Shown here piece by piece: positions 1 to 8,270 of a stretch of DNA of 64,000 nucleotides. Position numbers and translations under genes: made by a program. The first letter of the stretch is position 1, and every line of letters starts with the position of its first letter. The DNA is taken from IMG/VR virus record IMGVR_UViG_3300044957_000346, positions 1 to 64,000 of that record. One strand, written 5' to 3'. Under the pieces are notes generated by a model, which ran no database searches, was not told the origin of the DNA, and saw nothing but the letters and a program-made list of their open reading frames with translations. The DNA is from a virus.

Positions 1-563
1 CCATTTTTTACGCCATATTTTTTTAACATTGTCTGTTTATACGACTCACTTCTTTTTTTAAGATTTTCGTGATTCCAAGATTTTTTGATAGACTCCGCAT
101 TTCTATTTACCCGAACATCGTTAGTTTTTGTCAATCCCACATTCCACGATATAAATGATTTTCGTTTCTTATATTCTTCATTGTTTTTTATAAATAAAGA
201 TGAGTGAGTGTGAATGTAATCGTGAAATCCATCTTTTATATTTTTGAATGTAGATTTGGTATTACAACCACATTTACACAAAGGCGCAATATTATTGCAA
301 TAGTATTTTATGTAATAAGATTCTAAAGTTTCTTTATGTGTTTTTATATGTCGTGACAAAGATTGTGAACCCTTTATATTTTTATTACAATTTTTACAAG
401 TATATGTTATTATATTTGGATTTCTTTTCCCAATATTAGATGTTGGAAATTTATTAATATAATCTTCTAATGATATATTATGAATTCTTTTTAAATGAGA
501 ACCATTTAAACGGTCTTTCATATTTAGACCACACAATTCACATTTTATTAGACAATTACTCAT
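1..563 (-). CDS. Zinc-finger-containing putative homing endonuclease, runs off the window edge (partial)
   Basis: Manual translation from ATG at 563: MSNCLIKCELCG...HLKRIH...CKNC...LSRHIKTH...CKCGC...TMLKKYGVKNG; C2H2-like fingers plus the KKYGV motif typical of phage homing-endonuclease DNA-binding regions. Not in the ORF track. Confidence 0.6.
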   Translation of the reverse strand, partial: MSNCLIKCELCGLNMKDRLNGSHLKRIHNISLEDYINKFPTSNIGKRNPNIITYTCKNCNKNIKGSQSLSRHIKTHKETLESYYIKYYCNNIAPLCKCGCNTKSTFKNIKDGFHDYIHTHSSLFIKNNEEYKKRKSFISWNVGLTKTNDVRVNRNAESIKKSWNHENLKKRSESYKQTMLKKYGVKN

Positions 564-703
564 TTTTTAATGCTTCCGCTAATCTTTGTTAAAATTGCAT
601 TTTCCACAAATCTATTCATTTTGTAACCATTATCATCGCAGAACGATTTTAATATTATTTTGAATTTTTTTGATATTTGTATAGACCATTTATCATCTTT
701 CAT
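560..703 (-). CDS. Small ribbon-helix-helix-like DNA-binding protein (47 aa)
   Basis: MKDDKWSIQISKKFKIILKSFCDDNGYKMNRFVENAILTKISGSIKK; strand-helix-helix pattern; stop overlaps the next ATG (ATGA). Confidence 0.5.
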   Translation of the reverse strand: MKDDKWSIQISKKFKIILKSFCDDNGYKMNRFVENAILTKISGSIKK

Positions 704-788
704 ATCTAATATATATTATATATCTAAGATTAAATAAGAAAAATCTTACTTAAATCATCGTCACTTAATAAGAGTATTTTCTTTTTCT

Positions 789-1010
789 TCATTTATTAAA
801 TCCTCCAGATGATAATGAAAATGGAGCATTGTGACTTAGCTTAGTACAAACACTCTCACTTATTTCGGTTTGAAAATCTGTATCTGTCAAATATTTTTCT
901 AGACATTTATTTACAAAATCTTGAAAAGATATTTTACCTCGTATATTAATTTCTTTGAATTGATTGTACAATTCTTGATTAAGTTTTACTGTTGTAACAA
1001 ATTGATCCAT
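789..1010 (-). CDS. Ribbon-helix-helix-like DNA-binding protein
   Basis: TTVKL-(helix)-ISFQDFVNKCLEKYL pattern; palindromic sites lie directly upstream. Confidence 0.55.
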   Translation of the reverse strand: MDQFVTTVKLNQELYNQFKEINIRGKISFQDFVNKCLEKYLTDTDFQTEISESVCTKLSHNAPFSLSSGGFNK

Positions 1011-1052
1011 AACATATGTACATATACATATATTTACATATGTACATATGTT
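1011..1052. promoter_or_regulatory. Inverted repeat, putative operator
   Basis: AACATATGTACATA (1011-1024) and TATGTACATATGTT (1039-1052) are exact reverse complements and abut the start codon of 789..1010. Confidence 0.5.
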
Positions 1053-1060
1053 AATTATAT

Positions 1061-1948
1061 TTATAATTTGTCGGCTTTTGCGTCACAATTTTTCTTATAG
1101 TGAATGCAATACTTGCAGTTCTTCTTTCTATCACCTGGAATTTTTGGATAAGAATTATTAATATTATATGATCCATCTGAATTGAATCCGTGATCCAAGA
1201 ATTGTATAAAGTTACCAATCGATTCTTTTATTACCGGTGAACTACTTGCTGGTTTAAATATTTGTATACGACTTTGAGGAAACGCTGCAGTTTCAAATAA
1301 TTTTCGTTTTACGATAAAAAATTCAACATCAATATTGGTTAGTGGAACATTAAATTTTTTACTATACACACTTTTATACAAATGCAGCTGTGCATATTTA
1401 CTTTCATCTTCTTTTTGATATTTGTTCCAACCATTTGATGAAGTTTTAAAATCGATGATACGATAATTTTCTTTATTTTTTTCCTTGAGTACGATATCGA
1501 TAAAACCAACAAACTCAACATTGTTTTTAATTGAGATTTCTAAAGGAATTTCAATGCCGATTAATTCGTATTGGTCGCTGGGAAAATGTTTAATTCTATT
1601 TGAAGACTTCAAAAATGTATCGATGATATCATGTCCATCAAATGTAAAATCTGTAAATTCTTGGCCGTCAAGATTTTTAATCTTTTTAGCTTCTTCTGTG
1701 AATTTATCCAAGAATAACTTTTTAACATCGAGTGAATCCGCAGCCGATACACTTTCTTTATATAACGCAGTTAAATATGTTTGAAATGCGTGATGTATCG
1801 CCGTACCAAATGTAGTGTGAATACTATCATCTCGTTCACGAAGATTCTTTACATAGTCTAAGTACCATTTATGTGGACATTTCAAAAATGTCGAGTATTG
1901 ACTAAAACTTACACGATTCTTTTTTATTTCTTGAGTCTCCATTTTCAT
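1061..1948 (-). CDS. PD-(D/E)XK exonuclease, Cas4/RecB-like
   Basis: SFSQYSTFLKCP, FGTAIH, E..GFIDIV..IIDFKTS, QLHLY and C-terminal CKYC..C motifs. Confidence 0.85.
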   Translation of the reverse strand: MKMETQEIKKNRVSFSQYSTFLKCPHKWYLDYVKNLRERDDSIHTTFGTAIHHAFQTYLTALYKESVSAADSLDVKKLFLDKFTEEAKKIKNLDGQEFTDFTFDGHDIIDTFLKSSNRIKHFPSDQYELIGIEIPLEISIKNNVEFVGFIDIVLKEKNKENYRIIDFKTSSNGWNKYQKEDESKYAQLHLYKSVYSKKFNVPLTNIDVEFFIVKRKLFETAAFPQSRIQIFKPASSSPVIKESIGNFIQFLDHGFNSDGSYNINNSYPKIPGDRKKNCKYCIHYKKNCDAKADKL

Positions 1949-2000
1949 ATGATACTCTATAATTAGAATCAGTCAATTTATAACAACTACTTATTAGTAT

Positions 2001-2738
2001 ATGAAGAAACTACTATTAATTTTATTAAGTTCATCCGTGTTAATTGCAAACGATTTATTTTTATATGAATCTGATAAAACGGCTGAAATTTCAGATGTTA
2101 TCAATAACAAGCTTAATGTTCTAGAAAATATTACGGGCAAAACATATTCATTAAAAAATAATTTGAGTATAGTAAATAATACAAATGGAGTTAGTGTATA
2201 CGTATTACCACATAGAATTATAGTTCAACAACAAGAATCTACATCCGCATACTTTACTGGAGATGATATTAAATACATTAATGATTTTAAATTACCTTCG
2301 GTGACACATGTTAAGGAGTCTATGTTTAATATGTCTATTAACGGAGAAATATATGTTGTGAGTGAATGTACTAATCAAAATATTATAGGTACATCTATGA
2401 TAAACATATCTTTTGACAAAGCAAAATTGTTTATAAAATCTGGGGATAAATACACACAGGTATACGTAGAAGAAGGTAACGTGTTGGTAACAGATGTTAA
2501 ATCTTCCAAGAAGAAAAAAGAATTGAAATCCGGAGATTATTTAGTTGTAACTCCCCAGATTACATTAAGTCCAAAAGAAGGATCGTTAAAATCAAACGGA
2601 AATTCGTTTAGTATAAAAGAAGTAGATGAAGATGAATTAAAACTTCATAAAAATAATTTAACAAACGTCCAAGGTAAATTGGATAATACGCTGTTTGTAA
2701 ATTATAACACAAATGTATTTGGTGTTAAATTAAAGTAA
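2001..2738 (+). CDS. Secreted protein with a FecR-like beta domain
   Basis: Signal peptide MKKLLLILLSSSVLIA; TQVYVEEGNVLV...ELKSGD resembles the FecR signature. Confidence 0.45.
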   Translation: MKKLLLILLSSSVLIANDLFLYESDKTAEISDVINNKLNVLENITGKTYSLKNNLSIVNNTNGVSVYVLPHRIIVQQQESTSAYFTGDDIKYINDFKLPSVTHVKESMFNMSINGEIYVVSECTNQNIIGTSMINISFDKAKLFIKSGDKYTQVYVEEGNVLVTDVKSSKKKKELKSGDYLVVTPQITLSPKEGSLKSNGNSFSIKEVDEDELKLHKNNLTNVQGKLDNTLFVNYNTNVFGVKLK

Positions 2739-2976
2739 TTATGGCTGCCACAATCCTATTCCACCATAGTGTTCTTTATATATTCCCATTGTATGCGGTG
2801 ATGTAAAAAGTTCCACCTTTACATCCAATTTCTAATATATTGTTTGGTTTAAATGATGCTAAAAAATATGCCAATAAAGTAAATTCTTCTTTTACTTGTT
2901 GAATATAAGTACTTTTTATTATATATTCGTTCAACAACAAATAATCAATTGTATTTTTAACTTTGTCTGTTATCAT
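2739..2976 (-). pseudogene. Internally deleted class I SAM methyltransferase
   Basis: N-terminal ILEIGCKGGTF joined out of frame to a C-terminal KEHYGGIGLWQP* segment. Confidence 0.5.
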
Positions 2977-3005
2977 AACATTTTAATGTAAATATATATT
3001 ATGAA

Positions 3006-3233
3006 ATGAAACTAGAACAACTTAAATCATTATCTGAAGATGAACTTGTTTTATTGTGGGGGTGCATTAATTTAGTTGAACCTAAAATTGTGCAATCTTA
3101 TGATTTAGAACCGTCTTTATTTCCATCAATAAACCATAGAAAGTTAATGGATAAGCTTACTAATTGTAAAACTAAAATAAAAGAAGAACACCATGCACTT
3201 TTTGATGGACTTCTTAACAAGTTGCGTATATAA
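3006..3233 (+). CDS. Hypothetical protein
   Basis: 75-aa ORF directly upstream of polB. Confidence 0.55.
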   Translation: MKLEQLKSLSEDELVLLWGCINLVEPKIVQSYDLEPSLFPSINHRKLMDKLTNCKTKIKEEHHALFDGLLNKLRI

Positions 3234-3240
3234 TTTTATA

Positions 3241-5280
3241 ATGTATCAAACTATCTTTATTTCTAAAAAAGACAATACTGTTCATCTATGGGACGATCAA
3301 AAAGGTTACATAAAGTTCCCATATCGACCATATGCTTATCGTAAGCGTACTGGTGGTATGTATCGCAGTATTTATGGAGATGAACTTGAAAAAGTTTATA
3401 AATTTAATCCCAAAGATCCTTCGCTATTTGAAAGTGACGTTCCAGACACCACACGCGTCTTGATCGACGCATATGAAGATAGTGACGAACCTTCTACGGG
3501 TCATAGGTTAGTTTATTACGATATCGAAGTAAGTACTGAAGGTGGGTTTCCAAAGGTTGATGAAGCTGATAAGGAAATTACAGCTATTGCTTTGTACGAT
3601 GCTACAACTGAACAATATACTGCATTTATTTTGGATAAGGATGATCGTCTACAAGAATACAAGAAGGATAATGTAGAAGTACGTAGTTTTACAAATGAAG
3701 AAAGTTTGTTGAGTCATTTTCTAACTAAATGGGAAGAGATACAACCAACTATTGCCACTGGATGGAATATTGATGAATTTGATACTCCTTATTTGTTTAA
3801 TAGAATTAAACGGGTATTTGATGATCGTGAAGCCAAAAGACTTTCTCCCATCAAAGTTTGTTATAGAAACGATTGGAGTAAAAAGATAGTTGTAGCTGGT
3901 ATATCATTTATTGACTACATGGTTTTGTACAAGAAGTGGAATATTAAACAAGAACCTAGTTATGCTTTGGGTGCGATTGGTAAGAAAGTTGTTGGGTTGG
4001 AGAAGATTACTTATAAAGGTAGTCTTGATGATTTGTATAAAGCTGATATCAATCGTTATATTGAATATAATCTCAATGACGTTAAAATTATTGTTGCGTT
4101 GGAAAAAAAGCTTCAGTTTATTGAACAAGTTAGGGCTATATGTCACAAAGGACACGTTCCGTATGATTGTTTTACGATGAGTTCACGTTTCATTGAAGGT
4201 GCAATTCTTATGTATCTTCGTCGTAAAGGACAAGTTGCTAAGAATAAGCCCGTAGATGGACGTGAAGAATATGAAAATCAGATGGAACAAGGCGAAGAAG
4301 GATTTGAAGGTGCTTATGTAAAAGATCCTGTGCCTGGCCGGTATGATTGGGTCTTTGACTTGGATCTTACTTCTATGTATCCAAATATTATTATTAGTTT
4401 GAATATTAGTCCCGAAACGAAAGTGGCAAAGGCTGAGAATTGGGATCCAGAAAAGTTTATAAAGAATGAAGTGGAAACTGTTCAAGTTGGTAGTGCTTCT
4501 TATACAAAAGACGAATTTAAACAGTTGCTTGAAAAATCACAGTATAGTATTGCTAGTAACGGTGTTATGTATAAACAAGATTATCAAGGCGTCATACCTG
4601 AAATTCTAGTCAAATGGTTCGATGAACGAAAAGAACTGCGAAAACAAGCCAAGAAACACGGTGATGCAAAAGAATGGGAAAAGTATGAGTTCTACGATCA
4701 AAGACAAAAAGTACAAAAAGTACTTCTCAATTCAATTTATGGTGTATTGGGTCTACCAATTTTCAGATTTTATGACAAGGATAATGCGAGCGCTGTTACT
4801 TTGACGGGTCAGGATATTATTAAAACTGCTAATAAAGCTATTAATCAGTATTATAAGAGAACTCTCAACGAGACTGAGAATAAAGATTATGTTATATATG
4901 TAGACACAGATTCAGTTGCGTCTGATAGCTTAGTTAAGACCGATTTATATGGTGATATTAAAATTTGTGATTTATTTAATAATCTTTCGATGAATAAAGA
5001 TGTTCAATATATTGAAGATATTCTTGGAAAAAAATTTATTTTTCCAAATAATTTGAAGATGCCTTATTACGATGAAACTGAAAAGATTGTAAAGTTTGGC
5101 AATGTAGATTATATAGAAAAACATAATGTTAAAAAAATTTCGTATAAAATTAAAACCAAAACTGGAAAAAGTATTATCGTTACTGAGGATCATTCGGTTA
5201 TGATTTTAGAAAATGACAAACTTGTTAAAAAACTTACAAAAGATTTAAAGAAAAACGATAAAATAATTTCGATTTGTTGA
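3241..5280 (+). CDS. polB: Family-B DNA polymerase N-terminal part (557 aa) fused to split-intein N-fragment (122 aa)
   Basis: ExoI YDIEV, ExoII GWNIDEFDTPY, ExoIII YNLND, motif A DLTSMYP, motif B KVLLNSIYG, motif C YVDTD followed by intein sequence; likely start ATG 3241. Confidence 0.95.
   Translation: MYQTIFISKKDNTVHLWDDQKGYIKFPYRPYAYRKRTGGMYRSIYGDELEKVYKFNPKDPSLFESDVPDTTRVLIDAYEDSDEPSTGHRLVYYDIEVSTEGGFPKVDEADKEITAIALYDATTEQYTAFILDKDDRLQEYKKDNVEVRSFTNEESLLSHFLTKWEEIQPTIATGWNIDEFDTPYLFNRIKRVFDDREAKRLSPIKVCYRNDWSKKIVVAGISFIDYMVLYKKWNIKQEPSYALGAIGKKVVGLEKITYKGSLDDLYKADINRYIEYNLNDVKIIVALEKKLQFIEQVRAICHKGHVPYDCFTMSSRFIEGAILMYLRRKGQVAKNKPVDGREEYENQMEQGEEGFEGAYVKDPVPGRYDWVFDLDLTSMYPNIIISLNISPETKVAKAENWDPEKFIKNEVETVQVGSASYTKDEFKQLLEKSQYSIASNGVMYKQDYQGVIPEILVKWFDERKELRKQAKKHGDAKEWEKYEFYDQRQKVQKVLLNSIYGVLGLPIFRFYDKDNASAVTLTGQDIIKTANKAINQYYKRTLNETENKDYVIYVDTDSVASDSLVKTDLYGDIKICDLFNNLSMNKDVQYIEDILGKKFIFPNNLKMPYYDETEKIVKFGNVDYIEKHNVKKISYKIKTKTGKSIIVTEDHSVMILENDKLVKKLTKDLKKNDKIISIC
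4912..5277 (+). mobile_element. Split intein N-fragment (Ser1) in PolB motif C
   Basis: Starts SVASDSLV right after YVDTD; block B VTEDHS; ends DLKKNDKIISIC*. Confidence 0.9.
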
Positions 5281-5326
5281 AAGATATCAATAAATTAATA
5301 AATGAAACTTTTGACTATCTCATAAA

Positions 5327-6310
5327 ATGAATTATATTATTGACGAAATTGAATCCGTAGAACCTTTAGGTGAAGTTCAAGAAGATTTTTACGACGTTGG
5401 TATGCGAGACACACCACATACATTTTTTGCTAATGATATTTTGGTTCATAATAGTTGTTTTGTTAGCGCACTGCCTATTATCGAGAAAACGATGCCTGAT
5501 ATTGATGTAAACAATGAGAAACAAATGACCAAAGCTATTTTGGAAGTTTGTACAGAAGCTCAAAATCATGTAAATGATACATTCAATATTATGGCAAAGA
5601 GAATGTTTAATGTGGTCAAACATCGTTTTGATGCAAAACAAGAGGTTATTGCCAAGACCAGTTTTTGGCTGGCTAAGAAACGATATGCTCAGTTTATCAT
5701 TAATACGGGTGGTATTGAATGTGATGAACTTGAAGTCAAGGGTATTGACGTTGTTAGAACATCTTTCCCACTTAGATTCCGTAAGTTTATGGAACAATTC
5801 TTACAAGATATTCTTCGTAAAGTTGATAAAGAAAAGATTGATGCTAATATTTTGAAGTTGGTAGAAGATTTGCCTACGTTTAATGTGATTGAGATTGCAA
5901 AGAACACTAGTGTAAAGTTTAAGAGTCAAGATGGTAAGAAAGAATATGCTCCCAAGAGTCGTAGTCCGTTTAAGTATGTGTTAGGCACACCCGCACAAGC
6001 TAAAGCAGCTATATTCTATAATGATTTACTTGAACAGTTTGGTTTGACTAGGAATACACCTAAGATTCTTCATGGCCAAAAGATTAAGTGGGTATATCTT
6101 AAACAGAATGAGTATGGTGCTGAAGGTATTGCTTTGAAAGCGGATGGTACAGATCCGGATGAAATTCTTGAGTTCATTGAGAAGTATGTAGATAGAACTG
6201 CTATGTACGAACAAGAACTTAAAGGTAAATTAAAAGATTTCTATGATGTATTGAATTGGGAATATCCATCTGTAAATGATGCAAAAGCAAACGAGTTTTT
6301 TAGTTTTTAA
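5327..6310 (+). CDS. polB: Split-intein C-fragment (42 aa) fused to family-B DNA polymerase C-terminal part (285 aa)
   Basis: MNYIIDEIESVE...FYDVGM..HTFFANDILVHN|SCF; then KKRYA and KGIDVVR motifs; ends EFFSF. Confidence 0.95.
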   Translation: MNYIIDEIESVEPLGEVQEDFYDVGMRDTPHTFFANDILVHNSCFVSALPIIEKTMPDIDVNNEKQMTKAILEVCTEAQNHVNDTFNIMAKRMFNVVKHRFDAKQEVIAKTSFWLAKKRYAQFIINTGGIECDELEVKGIDVVRTSFPLRFRKFMEQFLQDILRKVDKEKIDANILKLVEDLPTFNVIEIAKNTSVKFKSQDGKKEYAPKSRSPFKYVLGTPAQAKAAIFYNDLLEQFGLTRNTPKILHGQKIKWVYLKQNEYGAEGIALKADGTDPDEILEFIEKYVDRTAMYEQELKGKLKDFYDVLNWEYPSVNDAKANEFFSF

Positions 6311-6498
6311 TTAAAATTAAAGCTGTGTTTTAATAATATATATATTAATGTTATGATTACAAAAAAAATAGAAGATTTAATTGTTATACAAAATAAAGAC
6401 ATTTCATTTGGAAATGTTGTTACATATTATATTCAATCCTCAAAAATTTAATAGCAAACTAAGCGATTTCTACTCTATATTGAAGTGGGATTATCCAA
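6256..6498 (+). repeat. 243-bp direct repeat, copy 1 (polB 3' end plus downstream DNA)
   Basis: Identical to 7985-8227 (offset 1729); similarity extends back to 6236/7965 with 3 mismatches. Confidence 0.95.
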
Positions 6499-6539
6499 CT
6501 CCAGAGAGTAGAAAGGCAGAAGAATTTTTTGGATTTTGA
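6414..6539 (+). other. Orphan polymerase C-terminal tail variant (41-codon ORF)
   Basis: MLLHIIFNPQKFNSKLSDFYSILKWDYPTPESRKAEEFFGF* aligns with the PolB tail KLKDFYDVLNWEYPSVNDAKANEFFSF*. Confidence 0.75.
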
Positions 6540-6541
6540 GT

Positions 6542-7417
6542 ATGAAATATAAGAAACTTTTACCTTTTCACGATGATGTAAAGGTTATGACCCAGTTTGG
6601 AGTTCTTCCTTTGTCTGTAATGGCGTTTTTAAATGATGATAAATGGGAGTGTGCTTATTTTGAACAAGACGAATCTGAAAAACGCAGGTCGGACGACTGT
6701 GAATACTTAGCCGGCCTTGGAATGAGTGAATTTAGCAGTGCCATCTGTGAGTTCATTGTCAAGTATTGGAGTTTGGAGAACGCAAACATAGTTGACCCAT
6801 TTGCTGGCAGAGCTACACGAGCAATAATTTCTTCAAAGTTAAATCGGAAGTATGTCGGTTACGAAATTTCTCCAATGACATACACCCGAAGTCAGAAACA
6901 ATATTTTAAGGCCAAGGTTGACCCAATTTTATATCTATCCGATGGTTGTCTTATGAAAGAGACTCCTGACGAGTTTGCCCATTTGGTTATGACGTGTCCT
7001 CCGTATGGTTCAATCGAAAAGTATGAGAGTGTTCCTGGACAGTTGAGCGACATAAAAAGCTATGACGGGTTTTTGACAAACATAAGTGTATGTGCATCAA
7101 ATATATACAGAGTTCTTAAACCGGGTGGGTTCTGTTGTTGGGTAGTTGGTGATTGGAGAGACGGTTCTGGATATCATCAATTTAGCAACGATAGTATTAA
7201 TATATTTAAGAAGAATGGGTTAATTCCCCATGACACCATTATTATAAAGAACAACTCCCCCTTCGCTGCATTACAAGCCGGTAAGGCCGCCAGTAAAAGA
7301 ATTTCTTCAAAGGTTCACGAATACCTTTTAGTCTTTCGTAAAGAGGGCGAATTAGACCTAACTGGATTGAAATTGACCGAAATAAACAAATCCGCTGAAG
7401 AATTCTTTGAGATGTAA
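6542..7417 (+). CDS. DNA amino-methyltransferase (N4-C/N6-A)
   Basis: Motif I IVDPFAG precedes motif IV TCPPY; RVLKPGG and HEYLLVFRK motifs. Confidence 0.85.
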   Translation: MKYKKLLPFHDDVKVMTQFGVLPLSVMAFLNDDKWECAYFEQDESEKRRSDDCEYLAGLGMSEFSSAICEFIVKYWSLENANIVDPFAGRATRAIISSKLNRKYVGYEISPMTYTRSQKQYFKAKVDPILYLSDGCLMKETPDEFAHLVMTCPPYGSIEKYESVPGQLSDIKSYDGFLTNISVCASNIYRVLKPGGFCCWVVGDWRDGSGYHQFSNDSINIFKKNGLIPHDTIIIKNNSPFAALQAGKAASKRISSKVHEYLLVFRKEGELDLTGLKLTEINKSAEEFFEM

Positions 7418-7472
7418 AATAAGTTTACATTCAATACCTTTGTGATAACCTAAAAACAGTCTTATACATAAT

Positions 7473-8039
7473 ATGAAAAAACAAATCTTAGACACATTCA
7501 TTAAAAAATATTCACTTAACGGAATCATCAACTCAGTAAAGTGGGCAGTTGACTCCGACAAGAAAACCTTAAAGACAAATGCGATAACCGAAGAAAAGAA
7601 CGTGTTGGTTTCAGTTGAGGTGGCAAACTTTGATTCGATTGGTGAAACCTGTGAATTGGGTGTCTATGAAACAAGTCGATTGTCAAAAATGTTAGCGGTG
7701 TTGGATGACACCGCAGAACTCGGACTTAATAAAAAGGACGACAAAATCACCTCGGTTAGTTTTTCTGACGATGCCACTGATGCACAATTCATTACCGCCG
7801 ATTTGTCGGTCATTCCTGCTGCTCCGAATTTAAAGAAACTCCCTGAGTTTGGCACAGAAATTGAACTTGATAAGGATTTTGTGGACCGGTTTATCAAGGC
7901 CAAGAGTGCGTTGCCAGAAGTTGACACTTTCACTCTTCTTATGAACAAGAAGAAGAAACTTTTGGATTTCTATAATGTGTTGAGTTGGGAATATCCATCT
8001 GTAAATGATGCAAAAGCAAACGAGTTTTTTAGTTTTTAA
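7473..8039 (+). pseudogene. Truncated sliding-clamp paralog fused in frame to a PolB C-terminal tail
   Basis: About 163 aa align with 12354..13091, then LDFYNVLSWEYPSVNDAKANEFFSF*. Confidence 0.8.
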
Positions 8040-8227
8040 TTAAAATTAAAGCTGTGTTTTAATAATATATATATTAATGTTATGATTACAAAAAAAATAG
8101 AAGATTTAATTGTTATACAAAATAAAGACATTTCATTTGGAAATGTTGTTACATATTATATTCAATCCTCAAAAATTTAATAGCAAACTAAGCGATTTCT
8201 ACTCTATATTGAAGTGGGATTATCCAA
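7985..8227 (+). repeat. 243-bp direct repeat, copy 2
   Basis: Identical to 6256-6498. Confidence 0.95.
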
Positions 8228-8268
8228 GTGAGAGTGATGCGACTGTTAACGAATTCTTCGGGTTTTAA
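8143..8268 (+). other. Orphan polymerase C-terminal tail variant (41-codon ORF)
   Basis: ...SKLSDFYSILKWDYPSESDATVNEFFGF*. Confidence 0.75.
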
Positions 8269-8270
8269 TC

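Noticed and set aside
1061-1948. CRISPR-Cas system implied by the Cas4-like nuclease
   Set aside because: No repeat-spacer array or other cas genes seen; stand-alone Cas4-like nucleases are common in phages.
5280-5327. Group I intron or programmed frameshift joining the polB halves
   Set aside because: The gap is only 46 bp with no intron-like structure, and both sides carry matching intein halves with their own stop and start.
6542-7417. Restriction-modification system
   Set aside because: No adjacent restriction endonuclease; it looks like an orphan methyltransferase.
6256-8227. Diversity-generating retroelement template/variable repeat pair, or IS element
   Set aside because: The repeats are identical over 243 bp, and no reverse transcriptase, transposase or terminal inverted repeats are present in the window.
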